A DNA stretch of 64,000 bases from Phyllosticta citribraziliensis (lineage: Eukaryota). Shown here piece by piece: positions 1 to 12,301 of the stretch (position 1 is its first letter; each line of letters begins with the position of its first letter). The DNA lies in contig NW_027117342.1 of assembly GCF_038025025.1 (NCBI RefSeq), forward strand, positions 248,001-312,000. The letters run 5' to 3'. A program made the translations under genes and the position numbers. The notes under the pieces are model-generated. The model had not been told where the DNA came from and did not search any database. It was given only the letters and a program-made list of their open reading frames with translations.

Positions 1-1187
1 GTTCTCAATCACGCGGAAGGCTATGCGCGCATTCTCGGCGTCCGTCTTGAAAGTCTCCTTGAGCGACGCGATTGCTTGGCTGTCGTTGTCCAATGCCGCT
101 TCGACAGCCTCGACCTTGGTGTTGACGAATTCCACGTCACTAGGCAAGTATGAGAGGCTCTCCTTGATCCGTCCGTCGATGAATGCTGCGCACTTGTCGT
201 GCGCCTGGATCTGATCCTGGATGAATTGGTCGTACTTTTCGATTTCCTTTTGGAGGTCGTCGTGGAGATCGGAGAAACGCGTCGAACCGCGGATATTGCT
301 GAGATCTATGCGAACACCGGGCACCGTTTGCTGGTTCGTAGAGGCACCTCCGAGCAGGCCGCCGCTAAAACCTGTCGTGGATGAATTCGCTCCAGCAGCT
401 CCGGCACCGAAAAGACCACCGGGAAGGCCTGTCGTGGATTGGTTTGTAGGAGCAGATTGGCCGCCGAGACCCCCGAACAAGCCACCGCCGGTCTGATTTG
501 TGCCACCACCGCCGGCTCCAAACAGTCCCTGTGGTTGATTGTTCATGGCACCGCCGAAAGCGCTCTGCTGTGGTTGGGAGGTGTTGTTGGTGGAGGAGCC
601 GAAGAGAGAGGGTTTGTTTTGGGTTGCGCTGCTGCCGCTGTAGAATATATTAACGAGGATTCCCTTTTGTCATCATGCAGGGGCTCAACGTACAACAAAG
701 AAGGCGCCGAAGGTTGGCTTGCTTGCGCATTGCCAAACAGCCCCCCGCCTTGCTGTTGTTGTGGCTGCGACGAGGTGGTTGTACCGCCTCCGAACAGTCC
801 ACCACCAGGAGCACTCGTAGCCGTACTCGACCCGAAAAGCCCGCCACCCGTCGTCGTTGCTGCTTGTCCTCCGCCAAAGAGACCTCCCCCGGGAGCACTG
901 GTAGCCGTGTTTGACCCAAAGAGACTGCTCCCAGATGTGTTTGTCTGCGCGGGCTTGTTTTGTCCAAACAGGCCCCCGCCAGAAGTGTTTGCTCCAGAGC
1001 CGAAGAGCCCTCCGCCCTGCGCAGATGTTCCGCCAAGGCCTGTGCTCTGCGGCTGGCTAGTATTGTTGCCGCTGAAAAAGAGCCGTGTCAGCGGAATCCA
1101 ACAGGTGAAGCAAGGGACTGCTCACAAGAGCCCTCCTCCAGTGTTTATGGTCAAGCCGCCGGACTTGCCAAGTCCGCCGAAGGACAT
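1..1187 (-). CDS. NUP49: FG-repeat nucleoporin Nup49/Nup58-like; 3' end runs off the window
   Basis: ATG at 1187 (MSFGGLGKSGGLTINTGGGL). Introns 1125-1072 (GTGAG..GCTGAC..CAG) and 693-638 (GTACGT..CAG). Repeated GLFG/SLFG units, then QTVPGVRIDLSNIRGSTRFSDLHDDLQKEIE and a coiled-coil region typical of fungal Nup49. Confidence 0.85.
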
Positions 1188-1523
1188 GATTGCGGCGTGA
1201 TAATTCGAGGAGGTGCGGAAAGTCGGAGAGGGATCGAGTGTGGCACAAATGGGACTGTTGGCGAGTGAGGCGTTGGCGAGGAGTGTCGAGGCAGAGGTTG
1301 GTGCGGTTGGTGAATGTTTTGGCGGTATGAGGTCGCGTCGCGAAAAGCAGAGCTCCAGTCCTAGCTCCGCTGCGCTAGCACCAACCAACCAACCACAACT
1401 CTACCTGCGCACCTCAGCTCTTCGTCACCACATTCGAATCTTGCCAAAAGCGACGTTGCACTCGTTCCTTGAATACTCTCGGCTTCTTGCATTGCTTCTG
1501 ATATCTCCGAACGTTTCGCGACC

Positions 1524-2655
1524 ATGGAGGAAGACGACGATTTCTACGGCGACGACTCGACCCCAGTCACGAAGAAGGATGAGGAGCCCACCAATGGTGA
1601 AGACGAGAACAAGGATGAAAAGATGGATGAATCGCTAGAAGAAGGAGAGGAAGAGGAAGACAGCGACGATTCGGTGCGTCAAGGGCCTGGATTGTCCCAA
1701 GTTGCGCTTCGCTGACCTTGCACCTCAGGACATTGAAATTATCACCGAAAGCAAAGATGCGCCAGCACCAGAGCTATCGTACGTCTTTGAGGCAACCCTT
1801 TGGGCCGGCTGGTAGCTGACGAGACGCAGAAGAGGAGCCAGTTTCAACCAGCCGTTCAACAAATCCGAGCCGACGCGCACCGCATCCGCCGACCCTTCCA
1901 AAGCACAAGGCAGCGCTCACGCAGCGCCGAGCAGCGGCGCCAACAAGAGCAGCGCCCCCGGCGCACCGCAAAAGCCCGGGTCGGCCTACCCAGAAGTACG
2001 CACCTCGACCATGGACGTGGACGGCAACCCAGTGTACGAGCCCATCGGCAAGCCCATCACTGAGGTCGACATTGACGCCGACCTGCAAGAGAACGACAAG
2101 CCGTGGCGGCTGCCGGGCGCCGACCAGTCCGACTATTTCAACTACGGCTTCGACGAGTTCACTTGGACGCTGTACTGCCTCAAGCAGCGCCGCACCGCTG
2201 ACGACATCAAGTCGAGCAAGGGCGAGATGGGCGCGCAGATGGCGCAGTTTGAGATGCTGTTTGGCGGCATGCCGCCGGGGATGGCGGGCGCGCCGGCTGG
2301 CCCAGCAGGCAATGGGCCTCCCGTGGGTGCTCCCACCGGTCCGGCGGCCCAGCAAGGCGCCGCTGGCGGCCCGCAGGGTGGTGCCCAGAATGGCCCTGGA
2401 GCTGCCGCCGCCATGATGGGCATGCCCATGGACGACAATACGATGCAGATGCTGTCGACGTTCAGGGCCCAAGGCATCGACCCCAGCCAACTCAGCTTTG
2501 AGCAGATGATGCAGATGATGCAGGGCGGCGGCATGCCGCAAGGTCCTGCAGCAGGGCAGCAAGCAGGCTTCGGAGGGCAAGGAGCTCAGCAGGGGCAGTT
2601 CGGCGGCGGCTACCAGGGAGGATTCAGGGGAGGTCGTGGCGGCAGGAGGTGGTGA
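1524..2655 (+). CDS. FIP1: Pre-mRNA polyadenylation factor Fip1
   Basis: Exons 1524-1673, 1729-1778 and 1830-2655 splice in frame. Acidic N-terminus, Fip1 motif [28 protein letters not shown], and an RGG-rich tail. Confidence 0.93.
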
Positions 2656-2842
2656 TTGGGCAGAAGCCGGGAGCAGGAGGATGAAAACCCGTCATGGGAT
2701 GGCGTTATCACTCAAGTCATGCCGGAGGCGTCGAGCACGCCCGTCATCGTGTTCTGGCACGGAGGAAGAAAAAACGGCTGAACAATGAATTCAATCAAGA
2801 CTACCCTGTCCACTTTCGTGGCGCCCACAGACCCTTCTCCCC

Positions 2843-3811
2843 TCAGACCTCAGTCTTCAAAATGCGCTCCACGTCCTCCCCCTCAATAACATCCACACCC
2901 TCCCTCGTCACCTGCTCCACCGCCTCCTTCACTGGCACCTCGCCATCCAGCAAATCCAACCACCCGCCCTTGTACCCACTACCCAAAAGCTCTGCCGCCG
3001 TCTGCGCCACAAGCTCCCTACTCGCCTTCCCATTAAACTTGCTCGTACGGCCCAACTCCGCCTTCCCAGAGCTAGGCACATCGCTCAATGTGCCGGGCCG
3101 CAGATTGATGGCGCGGAAGCCATCGCCGCGCGCGGCCGCCGCGGCCACCAGGTACTCGTCGGCGGCCAGCTTGGCGTCGGCGTAGGTGGGCAGCACGCTG
3201 GCGAAGGTGTGCTGCACGCCGGCCCAGTCGGCGTCGTTCCACCACGACGGCTTGACGCGCCGCGAGCCGAGCCACGAGATCATGAGGAAGGTCGTGATGC
3301 TCGGCGTGTTGGTTGAGGCGCGGATGAAGGCTTTGGCGGCGTCGCGGTCGATGGCGTAGGTGCGGGGGGCGCCGCCGCGGCCGCCGGCTCCTGGGGGGAG
3401 GTCAGAAATCGGTGTAATTGCGGGAGCGTGGTGTGTGAAGTTGAGAGGAGGGAGTGGGAAGTTGGTGCCCTGCCATCAAGGTGCTCAAAACAGCTCCCAC
3501 GCCCAGAAAACACACATGAGAATAGAAAAAAGAAAAGAAATCATACCCGCACTCCACACAACCCAGCTCGGCTTCACCTCATCCAGAATGCTCTTGGCGT
3601 CGCGCTCCGTCCTAACATCCTCGACGCTGCGCACCAGCACGTTGAGCTTGCCCGGCTGGCCGTGGCCCAACTTCTCAATCGTCGGCACTTGCGCCTGCTC
3701 GCGGATCAGCGACGTCACGGCCCACGACCGCGCCAGCAGCAGCGGCGTCATCAGTTGCGCCACTTTGCCGTGGCCGCCGATGAGCAGGACGTGTGGGGTT
3801 GAGGGGGCCAT
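2843..3811 (-). CDS. NAD(P)-binding Rossmann-fold protein (YMR090W/NAD_binding_10-like)
   Basis: Exons 3811-3547 and 3390-2843 (intron GTATGA..CTGAC..CAG). Motifs VLLIGGHGKVA, VVWSAGAGGRGG, YADAKLAAD and INLRPGTL. Confidence 0.88.
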
Positions 3812-5027
3812 TGTTCGTGTGTTGGTGGTGGTGGTGGTGGTAGGTATGCAGGTGTGTAGGTGCGTCGGATGTTTTTGTCGTCAGAGGTCGTGTACGGTAG
3901 GCAGAGTAGAGGATAGATGCGTTGTTGCGGTGATGTCGTGCTTGTTCTCAGCAGATAGGCAGTGGGGCTAGAAAAAGAAGCAGCAGCCAAAAGCTCACAG
4001 GCAAACTCAAAAGATATATATATCGCTGAAATCGCTCCAGTCAATGACACAAGTCAACGCCTCAAACAATGACGAGGACGGCAGAGCACAGCACCTCTTT
4101 ATACCACGACTCAACCCCTCGGTATGACATCCAATTACTACACACCAGCGGATCGTCTTCCCTTCTGGCGTGATTGATCGCGATTGAAGCTGTCCTAAAC
4201 ACCCCCGGCCCGCGCCCGATTGTTAAGCAGATGAGGGGAGCACCACTCACCGGACCACAGGAGTTTAAAAAACGGGGGCCGCGTATGACGCAATGGGTCT
4301 GGCGAGCGAGTCGTGAGCTGTGCTGCTGTTGTTCGGCCCGATCCACTCGTTCATGCGTTTCTTCCCTCGGCTGCGCACTCGGAACCGACCGAATCATGGG
4401 GCTATGGCCGAGACGGATCCCCGGAGTCGTTCGAGAGAGAGGCAGCAAGCACCCACTACGTCAGCCGTGATGACGAGGCGTCAGGCCCGAGGACTGCAGT
4501 GGGACTCCCGTCAACTCGGTGGTCAGCAAATGACCAACAACAAGCCGGACCAATACACAAGCAAACAGTGACACGGCGGAGGGACATTCTATGCATCCAT
4601 TGATTCTTTCATGGCCATAACTATACTCCCACCATACCATACCGTTCCATGCCCATCCATCATTTCCACCGGACGCCAGCAACCCACCGCAGCTAGCCAA
4701 CCAGGCCCCACCTGCCATTCATTCAGGCAGCCATCATCCAGTATGCAGGCAGGCGTTTGTGGCCGCCCTGTATACCCTAGCCCCGACAGCGTATTTATCT
4801 CATGACGTACAAACCACCACCACCACCACGCCCGCCCACCCGCTTTGGACTCATCACCACACGAGTCCAAAGCCGAGGAATAAACAGCCAACCAAGAAGG
4901 GGGGAAAGCAAGAGAGAACAAAGGAAGAGGAGGAATGCAAAAAGAGCAAGTAGAAGGGAAGAAAAGGGGGGGTATCCTACTGTCCCACGTGAATGGATGT
5001 CTGAGAGACCGGTGATTTTTGTGTTGT

Positions 5028-6453
5028 TTACAAGAAATAGTCCGCCACAGGCTTCTTAGCCGGCATGCCGCGCGAGTCCTGGGGCGCCGCCTCAAACACG
5101 CGATACCTGCGGCCAGGGCCATCTCGCGGTCTGTCGGGGAAGCCGTTGGTGCGGCCAGCGTCGCCGTTGGTGCGCGGGACGTAGCCGCCGTTGGTGCCGT
5201 CCTCGCCCAGCTCGAGGATGGCCGCCACGTTGCCGCAGCGGTAGCAGTAGTTGGGCGCGCTCCACACCGTGACGATGCTGTTGTCGAACATTTCCTTGAA
5301 GCCCTCCATGACGAGCTGGTGCGCCCGCGCGATCAGCGACAGGTCGTTTTTGTGGTTGAAGCACTTGACGATGTCGGCGCCGAAGAGGAAGCCCGCCCCG
5401 CGTGGTGACAGGCCCCACCCGTCAATCTCGTCCGGGTCTGACCAGAGGAGGTCGCACATGGCGCCCTCGTGGGGAACCTCTTGCTTCCTGTCCAGAAGCC
5501 GGATTTTGTCAATTGTGTCGATGAGAGGCGATAGACCTCCGTGTACACACAGCACCGCTCCACCGGGATTGCCGCTCGAGCCAGAGCTGGACCCCGAAGC
5601 ACCGGTTCCAGCAGGCCCCGTCTTGCTGGGTGTTCCGCGTATCGGTGAGCTCGAAGTCTCGGCGGCGTTTGATCCGGGAGAGTTGGCGCGCGTGTTCCGC
5701 GGGTAGCGGTTGATGACCTCGTTGTTCGAGTTCAAAATCTCAATCTCAATCTCCTGGTCCTCCCCCAAGGTGTTTTGTGTACTTGAATCGCCTTCCGGGC
5801 TCGGTGTGGGCTGGAGATTCGAAGCGGCGCCTGAGACGAGGGCGCCCAAGGCCAGGTAGTCGAAGACTTCGCAGCAGTACCTCCAGACGTTGGCGCTGCC
5901 GTACTTTCTGAGACACTCGTCGTAGAAGCCGTAGACTGTCGTGATTTGTCGCGACTCGTGGTTGCCGCGGATCAGGGTGATGCGGTCAGGGTAGCGCACC
6001 TTGAGGCAGAGCAAGAGTAGGAATGATTCCAAGGAATAGAATCCGCGGTCGACAAAGTCGCCTGCGAAAGTTAGCGACGCTTCCACTGCATCTCCGCCGA
6101 TTGCATTACCCATGAACAGGTAGTTTGTCTCTGGGACGTCGCCCCCAACGCGGAAAAGCTCCATCAAATCGTGGAACTGGCCATGTATGTCGCCACATAT
6201 CTGTGACCGCAAGGTCAGTCACTGACGAGAAGACCCGAGGTCGCGCTGTGGCTCACTGTCACTGGAGCGTCCACGCCCACCACGTTTCCCTCCTCTATCA
6301 AAAGCTCACGCGCCTTGTAGCATAGTTCGCGCACTTGGGCCTCGGGTATCGGTCGACATGCGCGCAGCTGCTCTATCGCCCTGCTCAACTTGTCAACATT
6401 GCCAGCCCAGAGAGACCGGCGGGGAAGGCGGCGCACTGGTCTAGATGGCTCAT
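5028..6453 (-). CDS. PPH3: Ser/Thr protein phosphatase 4 catalytic subunit (PP4c/Pph3)
   Basis: Exons 6453-6437, 6380-6257, 6200-6110 and 6061-5028. The 48-nt in-frame intron 6109-6062 is read through in the ORF track. PPP motifs GDIHG, GDFVDRG and GNHE. The C-terminus [21 protein letters not shown] is PP4-type. There is a low-complexity insert before CVHGGLSP. Confidence 0.9.
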
Positions 6454-7335
6454 GATGAACCGAGTGCGCACACGGCCGGGACGGCCTGCGGCACGAGATT
6501 ACGCGTAGACGGGAGAGTGGAGCGACTAAAAGAGACGAGTCTCCGGGTCGAAAAGGCGGATTTTGAGGTGGGAGACGTGGAGAAGTAGGCCTGGAGCGGC
6601 GGTCGGGGTAGGCGAAGAGTGGCGGCGTTGACGCGGACAGTCGCGAAGAAGGAAGAAGTACGGTACGGTACGGTGGGCAGCGGGAGAAGGCGTGCACAGG
6701 TGTGGCGCGGGTGCGATGTCGACGGCGAGCACTTTGACAGAGACGTGCAGAAGGTAGGGTAACACGGTGTGCTAGATTTGCGGTAGATTTCCAAAGAGAC
6801 GACAGCAATACAGAGCTCAAGGCCGAGCTGGAGTCGGGTTCGGGTTGGCCACACGGCGTGCTGCGGTGCCAATCCCACCGCCTCGCGCAAAGCAGAGCCG
6901 CGCGCCGGCCGGCAAGCAAAAGCCAAGGCCATGGCGCCGTCGCTGCGGGATCATCCGCTCTGCCAAAGCTCTCCGCCAAAGCTCGACCTCACAGTGTCAC
7001 TCATCCACCTCACCACCGCATCACAGTCCTTCCCTCCGGTCCATTGCTTGCAGCCCAACTCTCACAGCCCGACGCTTTCGATCGTGAGCCACAATGCATC
7101 CCAATGCTCTCCCCACCTAATCTTTGCATCCAGTCTCTTCATGCGCAATCCACGGTAGAAAAAAGGAAGAAAAAAAGACCATCCCAACCTCATCGACACC
7201 CCGCGCCCGTCGTCGACCGCAAAGCAAAGCGCCATATTCAATCGCCTCGCCTACCTACATATACCGGCTTGTATCGTAACGCCCAGCCCACAGAGCCGGC
7301 CAAAGGGCTCCACACCACACCGCACCGCACCCGCC

Positions 7336-7755
7336 ATGGCGCCGGCCCTGCACCCGCGCTCGCGCCAGACCGTCTCCCTCTTCACCGGCACGCTGCTCGT
7401 CTCCTTCTTCGTCGTCGGCCTGCCACATCTCCTCCCGTGCCCCGTGCCGACGCGCGCCTACGCCGACGCGCCCGCCTCCGCCGACCCCAACAATCCGCAA
7501 CGGCGTCGCCGCCGCCGAAGGAGCGCTGCCAACGCCGACGACGAGACCGCCACCGCTGCTGGCGTCATGGGCGCCGCCATGGAGGATGGCCGCAGGGCGA
7601 GGGAGTGCCCTGTCCCGAAGCCTGGTGGTTTGGTGGGCAAGGTGCTTGGGTTTGACACCGAGGGTGGCGCGAGGCCGCGGCCGACGGAGGTCGTTGTTGA
7701 GAGCATACGGGCGAGGAGAGAGAGGGGTAAAGGCGGTGATCAAGAAGGGAGCTGA
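7336..7755 (+). CDS. COA2: Cytochrome c oxidase assembly factor Coa2-like small protein
   Basis: 139-aa ORF. SLFTGTLLVSFFVVGLPHLLPCP resembles the yeast Coa2 hydrophobic/LPCP segment. A RECPVPKPGG motif lies near the C-terminus. Confidence 0.65.
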   Translation: MAPALHPRSRQTVSLFTGTLLVSFFVVGLPHLLPCPVPTRAYADAPASADPNNPQRRRRRRRSAANADDETATAAGVMGAAMEDGRRARECPVPKPGGLVGKVLGFDTEGGARPRPTEVVVESIRARRERGKGGDQEGS

Positions 7756-8166
7756 AGCGAAAGAGTAAAACAAAGATGAGTGGAACAGCATGGAAGAGAG
7801 GAGTAATATGACGGGAGTTTTGGCAATGCATACGGTGGCTTTTTGATTGGGATAGAAACGGGCATTGGCGCAGACTCGCATCTCCAAGAGACGGACACGT
7901 TGGATCGCTGTAAAGTACGGATTTTTGTGGAAAGATGGCGAGCGTGGACACTGTACAAAAGAGAAGAGGATGGAAGGTTGCGGGTTGCACATGTGTGTAT
8001 ATAAGGTGAAGTCAACTCAACTCCCCTATCGTCGATTATTCCTCTGTTTATGACGTCGTCTTTTCCATCACTATTGCTACCATTTCCAGCAAATCCACGC
8101 AGCAAAGATTCCCAGACAGATCCGAGCAGCACTCACACCCCCACACACCATCAACCCCACCCCTTT

Positions 8167-11133
8167 TCAACCCCGGAACATACCTTCTCCCACACAGACC
8201 CACCCCTGATCCAGCACCTGTCCCACGCGATCCAGGACCCGGCGCCCGCCCATGATGGCGCCAAACCGCACCACGCGCTCCTCGCGGCTCATGCGCACAA
8301 ACGCCGCCAGCCCGGAACCGCCAGCTTCGCGAGACGTCTCCTCATCGTCGCCTTGGCCCTCGTCGCCCTTCTTCTTGAGCGCGTCGAGCACCACCTGCGC
8401 TGCAAACGCGTCCATGCCCGCGCGCCGCAGCACCTGCTCCCAGAGCGTCTCGTCCTGGAGCAGCTTCAGCCGGCCGGTCACAGCACTATCTTGTCCCTCC
8501 ACGCGCTCTTCCCGCTCCGCTCGCCGCTGCTGTTCAGGAGAGTGGTGCTGCTGCTGCTGCGCAAAGCGCGCCATGAGTCTCACGATCCACCGCGCCAGCG
8601 CCTCTTCCTCGTCTGCTGCGCCCTCTCCTCCCGGGACGAGCACCACGTCAACGGCACTCTCCAAGCGCGCCGCGTGCCCGCTTATCTCTGCAAACGCGAG
8701 CGCCTCGGCGCTACTGAGTGGCGGCGCGGCGGCTGTTGGAGCGGAGTGAGCGCCGCGCCACACGCCGACGAAGACCCTCTCGCAGCGCTGCGCCACGCGG
8801 GCCAGCTGCAGTGGGAAGAAGGTGGTTGGCGATGGTTGCGCGCCGGGAAGCGGGCGCTGGGCGAGCGTCGTGAAGGTTGGGAGGAGCAGTGCTGTGCCGG
8901 GGGCGAGCAGGATGGCGGGGAGCGGCTCGTGTTGTGCTGGCTGCTTGGGTGGTTTGTTGGTGAAGAGGGGAGACGGGAGGATGGCGAGGGGTGCGCGCTC
9001 TATGAGGGTGGCGGAGGGGTAGAGGGATTGGATCTTGGATGTCAGCGAGCGCTGGTGCGTTGACAGGTGTGTGGAGATGATGTAGGAGGCAGGCGTCTTG
9101 GCCTCCGGTAGCGGTATCAGAGTCGCCTTTTTGGACTCGAGTGCCGGGGACAGCGGTCGAGAGAGCTCAGGCTGCGGTTGAAGACTTGCCTCGGCGGGCT
9201 CCGGGCATGCCGGCTCGGGTTGCGTGGTGGTGATGCCGCTGTGGACCTTCATGAATGACGATAGGGACGTCGAGGCAGAGAAGATGCTTCCAAATATCGA
9301 AGTGGTGGGAGGCTGTGTTGGAGTTGGAGCCAGAATCCCTCTTTTGACACGCTCTTGGAAATCCGCTTCCAATCCTGCTGGTCTGCTCTGTGGTCGAGAG
9401 GTGTGTTGCTGCTTCTTCTCAGGTTCGTTCGTAGCCTCTGGCTCCTGCATGTCCATCTTTCTTTTCCGCACCAGGGCGCCGATATCATCTCCTGGAGAGA
9501 AGCAGCCGCATTCGAGATCTTCCTCGTCCTCGTCGATATCATCCAGCACACGCAATCCATCTGGCTTCCACGCCAAATCTTCCGGCTTGACTACGTCCTG
9601 CAGCCTGATCTTCGCCATGAAGGCCGCCAAATCTTTTTCATATCGAATCACCTCGTCTGAGATGGCTTTGGCTTTTGCTGACTGCTGAGTAAACGGATTC
9701 CATCTCATTTTGTCGTCAAGACTTTCAGTCTGACACATTGGCGCAACACTCAGCTCCTCTCGCGCGCACTGTCTCAGCAACTGCTTCTGCGCGTTCAGCT
9801 CTGCTTTTCCAAAAATTTCCCACGGAGACACAGGAAGTGAAAAGTCCATCAGTGACACGTCGACCCGGCGGACAGTGTCGACCTCAGAGAGCTTCTCCTG
9901 CTCTGTGCGCTGCGCAACCTTGTCGGCTATGGGTGCTACTTCGTCTCGAAAGAAGGCATCAAAGTCGGAATCGTCCTCCATCTTATCGTCAGCATGAAGG
10001 AAGTCCGATGGCAGGGCTTCTTCGTGCTTGGTTGTGGATACCGGCCTGGGCGCAATTAATTGAGTAAGATTGTCAGCAAAGGCCACCGTCTTCGGCTTCT
10101 TTTCGATTGACAGTGGAGTCAGTGGGACTTCGACCCTGAGGACTGCGGCTTTGCGTTTTCTGCTCGAGGGGTCACACGTCATGTTTGAAAAGATGTCAAG
10201 GAGCTCGGCGTCGGGCTCGTCGTAGAGCATGGGGTCATAGTGTGCGGTTTGCTTGGGAGGTATGAGAGTGTCTCGGCTCGTTAGCTGCTCTTCGAGTGCT
10301 TGAGCTTCCGCGACCGCTGAATTGTTATCCGAGGAGGTGTATTGAATTTGGTTTGTTGGAGAGGAAGAGCGTGGATCGGGAAACGGATTCAATGGTGGAT
10401 CCAAGGGCAAGAGGGGTGGAGTGACTGGTTCCGGGAAGAGCTTCTTGAAGCTGTCAGCAGACCTGAAGGGAAGACGAGTGTGAGCTTTCACCTTGTTCGC
10501 CTTGTCATCCGCTTCTTTCAATGCCTGGTCCACCGCCAGCTCTTGGTCCTCTTTCGAGAAATCATCCTTGAGACAGGCCTGGAGGTAGACAAAATCTGCG
10601 CGCGCCATTCGCAGCTTCTCGGAATCCATGCACTTACGCATCTGCTCCAGTCGTTCCCAAAACTTCTTGGGCCACGCCAAACCCCCGTCATTTTCGTCGT
10701 CGACATCTTCGAGCGGGAATGCAAAACTAGACAGAACCATCTCCTCCCGTCGCACGAACCTTTTCATGTCGAGCTCATTATCAGAAAGCAGGATAGGCAG
10801 TTCAACCTTCCACTTCCGAGTACGATGGAGCTTGCCTTCAATTGCGTCTTCGGGCTCAGAGGGCAGTGGAGGTGCACGGCAGGCGCAATTCAGCGCTCTC
10901 GCTCCCAAGATGTCGATCTCGAGACGCTCATGTTGGGATCGGAAATCTCGAGGCCACTCAATCTTTGCGGCGTTGGGCGGATCGACCAATTCTTGCCTCA
11001 GAAAAGGTGGCGCTCTGGGGAGCTCGTCTGGTCGCGGCGGGCCCTCGGTCAGGTAATCTTTGGCGATGCCATGGAAGCGGGCGTAGTCGAGCACAGTTGG
11101 CTCTTGGTGCTGAGAATGGGGATCGTTGACCAT
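8167..11133 (-). CDS. Large conserved-looking protein, probably meiotic Zip2/SHOC1-like (degenerate XPF/ERCC4 domain plus HhH)
   Basis: Long ORF with likely start at 11133 (MVNDPHSQ). Possible 48-nt in-frame intron 10491-10444. The C-terminal YIIST..LYPSATLIER..ILLAPGTALLLPT segment and the LRRAGMDAFAAQ..FVRMSREER helical hairpin region suggest an XPF-like fold. The gene is well supported; the family call is inference. Confidence 0.5.
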   Translation of the reverse strand: MVNDPHSQHQEPTVLDYARFHGIAKDYLTEGPPRPDELPRAPPFLRQELVDPPNAAKIEWPRDFRSQHERLEIDILGARALNCACRAPPLPSEPEDAIEGKLHRTRKWKVELPILLSDNELDMKRFVRREEMVLSSFAFPLEDVDDENDGGLAWPKKFWERLEQMRKCMDSEKLRMARADFVYLQACLKDDFSKEDQELAVDQALKEADDKANKVKAHTRLPFRSADSFKKLFPEPVTPPLLPLDPPLNPFPDPRSSSPTNQIQYTSSDNNSAVAEAQALEEQLTSRDTLIPPKQTAHYDPMLYDEPDAELLDIFSNMTCDPSSRKRKAAVLRVEVPLTPLSIEKKPKTVAFADNLTQLIAPRPVSTTKHEEALPSDFLHADDKMEDDSDFDAFFRDEVAPIADKVAQRTEQEKLSEVDTVRRVDVSLMDFSLPVSPWEIFGKAELNAQKQLLRQCAREELSVAPMCQTESLDDKMRWNPFTQQSAKAKAISDEVIRYEKDLAAFMAKIRLQDVVKPEDLAWKPDGLRVLDDIDEDEEDLECGCFSPGDDIGALVRKRKMDMQEPEATNEPEKKQQHTSRPQSRPAGLEADFQERVKRGILAPTPTQPPTTSIFGSIFSASTSLSSFMKVHSGITTTQPEPACPEPAEASLQPQPELSRPLSPALESKKATLIPLPEAKTPASYIISTHLSTHQRSLTSKIQSLYPSATLIERAPLAILPSPLFTNKPPKQPAQHEPLPAILLAPGTALLLPTFTTLAQRPLPGAQPSPTTFFPLQLARVAQRCERVFVGVWRGAHSAPTAAAPPLSSAEALAFAEISGHAARLESAVDVVLVPGGEGAADEEEALARWIVRLMARFAQQQQHHSPEQQRRAEREERVEGQDSAVTGRLKLLQDETLWEQVLRRAGMDAFAAQVVLDALKKKGDEGQGDDEETSREAGGSGLAAFVRMSREERVVRFGAIMGGRRVLDRVGQVLDQGWVCVGEGMFRG

Positions 11134-11683
11134 TTGCGTCCGCCGAGTGATGGCGCGGAAAGGAATGTCAGCAGTAAAAGTTAGTAACAATGGTCGTGGG
11201 TGTTGAGGTGAGGTGGAGGATGCGTCAAGAACTAGGTTTGGCGAAATCAGGGTCCACGAGCCTGCCGCCTGCAAAGCATGGCAGTCATCTACTCAACGAG
11301 ACCTCTCTACAGTAGGCCGGTGCCACATAGTATCAAAATTTTGTCTCTACAGGTTGATTTCAGAGCTCTGGCGTCGATTTATTTCACCTCCATTTGCAGC
11401 CTTCATTCTCGCTTGGGTCAATTTCCAGTGAACATGTCTTGTCAGTTGCAACAGAGGGACCACGTCCCGGGTATCGATTCTGAGTAAACGCGTACGTACT
11501 CAAGCGCCAGCATGGCCATTTGATCCTTGCAAGAAGATTAGAGCTCCACTCTCCCAATCAAATAAGCAGCCCAATAACGCCACGACGCGCTCAAAATTAA
11601 GACCTCTTCTTTCGACCAGAAACGCCCAAGAGAACAAGATGCAAAGATCAATCTTCCAACAACAACCCTGCACCTCAAAAGAC

Positions 11684-12301
11684 TCAAGCTTGGTCCCCTC
11701 TCTCCAAAAACCCCGGATCCATTTCAATCTTCTTTTCAAACTTGGCCCACCAATCCTGGAAGCTCTTCAAAGGCACCACCTCCTGACCGCCCGGACCCAC
11801 GTTCCCTGCAAAGCTGGCCAGGAAGTTGAACGCGTTGGCAATGATGCGCTGCGCCAGGACCTTGGTCGAGATGGGATTGGCAGCAGCGGCACCAGCTCTG
11901 ACCAGCTCCATGCCCGAGGAGCCACCTTGCTGCTGCTGTGCCTGCTTTGCGTTCATAAGCTCCGCAATTCTGGCAACGGGCTCGACGCTGACGCCCAGCG
12001 TGACGGGGGCGACTTGGCCCGTGGCCGGGTCGACCATGGCGGCCGGATCGACGCCGTCGACCTTGAAGATGGCGCTCTGCTTCTCGTTGGCAATGGCGCC
12101 GAGGAAGCGGAATTCGGACGAGGGCGGGATCTGCACGTAGACGCCGGCGGCCGTGTCTGGCGGCAATTGCGTCCCGGGCAGGAGAAAGACGACGATGTGC
12201 GAGAAGGATGGAGTCGCCGGGAGGGGAAAGGCGTATTGTGTTGGTGAAAGGGCTTGCGGCTCCGTCAGGACGGGGCGTCCGGATATTATGACGCCAAACA
12301 T
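11684..12301 (-). CDS. OPI10: Hikeshi/Opi10 (DUF775), nuclear import carrier for Hsp70
   Basis: 205-aa ORF with HIVVFLLPG, FLGAIANEKQSAIF, NAFNFLASF and VPLKSFQDWWAKFEKKIEMDPGFL. Confidence 0.92.
   Translation of the reverse strand: MFGVIISGRPVLTEPQALSPTQYAFPLPATPSFSHIVVFLLPGTQLPPDTAAGVYVQIPPSSEFRFLGAIANEKQSAIFKVDGVDPAAMVDPATGQVAPVTLGVSVEPVARIAELMNAKQAQQQQGGSSGMELVRAGAAAANPISTKVLAQRIIANAFNFLASFAGNVGPGGQEVVPLKSFQDWWAKFEKKIEMDPGFLERGDQA

Noticed and set aside
4467..4535. GTGATGA C-box-like motifs here and at about 14243 and 23475
   Set aside because: No properly spaced D box with a convincing rRNA-complementary guide.
5028..6453. PPG1 or PP2A assignment; novelty of the internal insert
   Set aside because: The C-terminus and [22 protein letters not shown] match PP4. 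As far as I recall, such inserts are usual in filamentous fungal PP4c.
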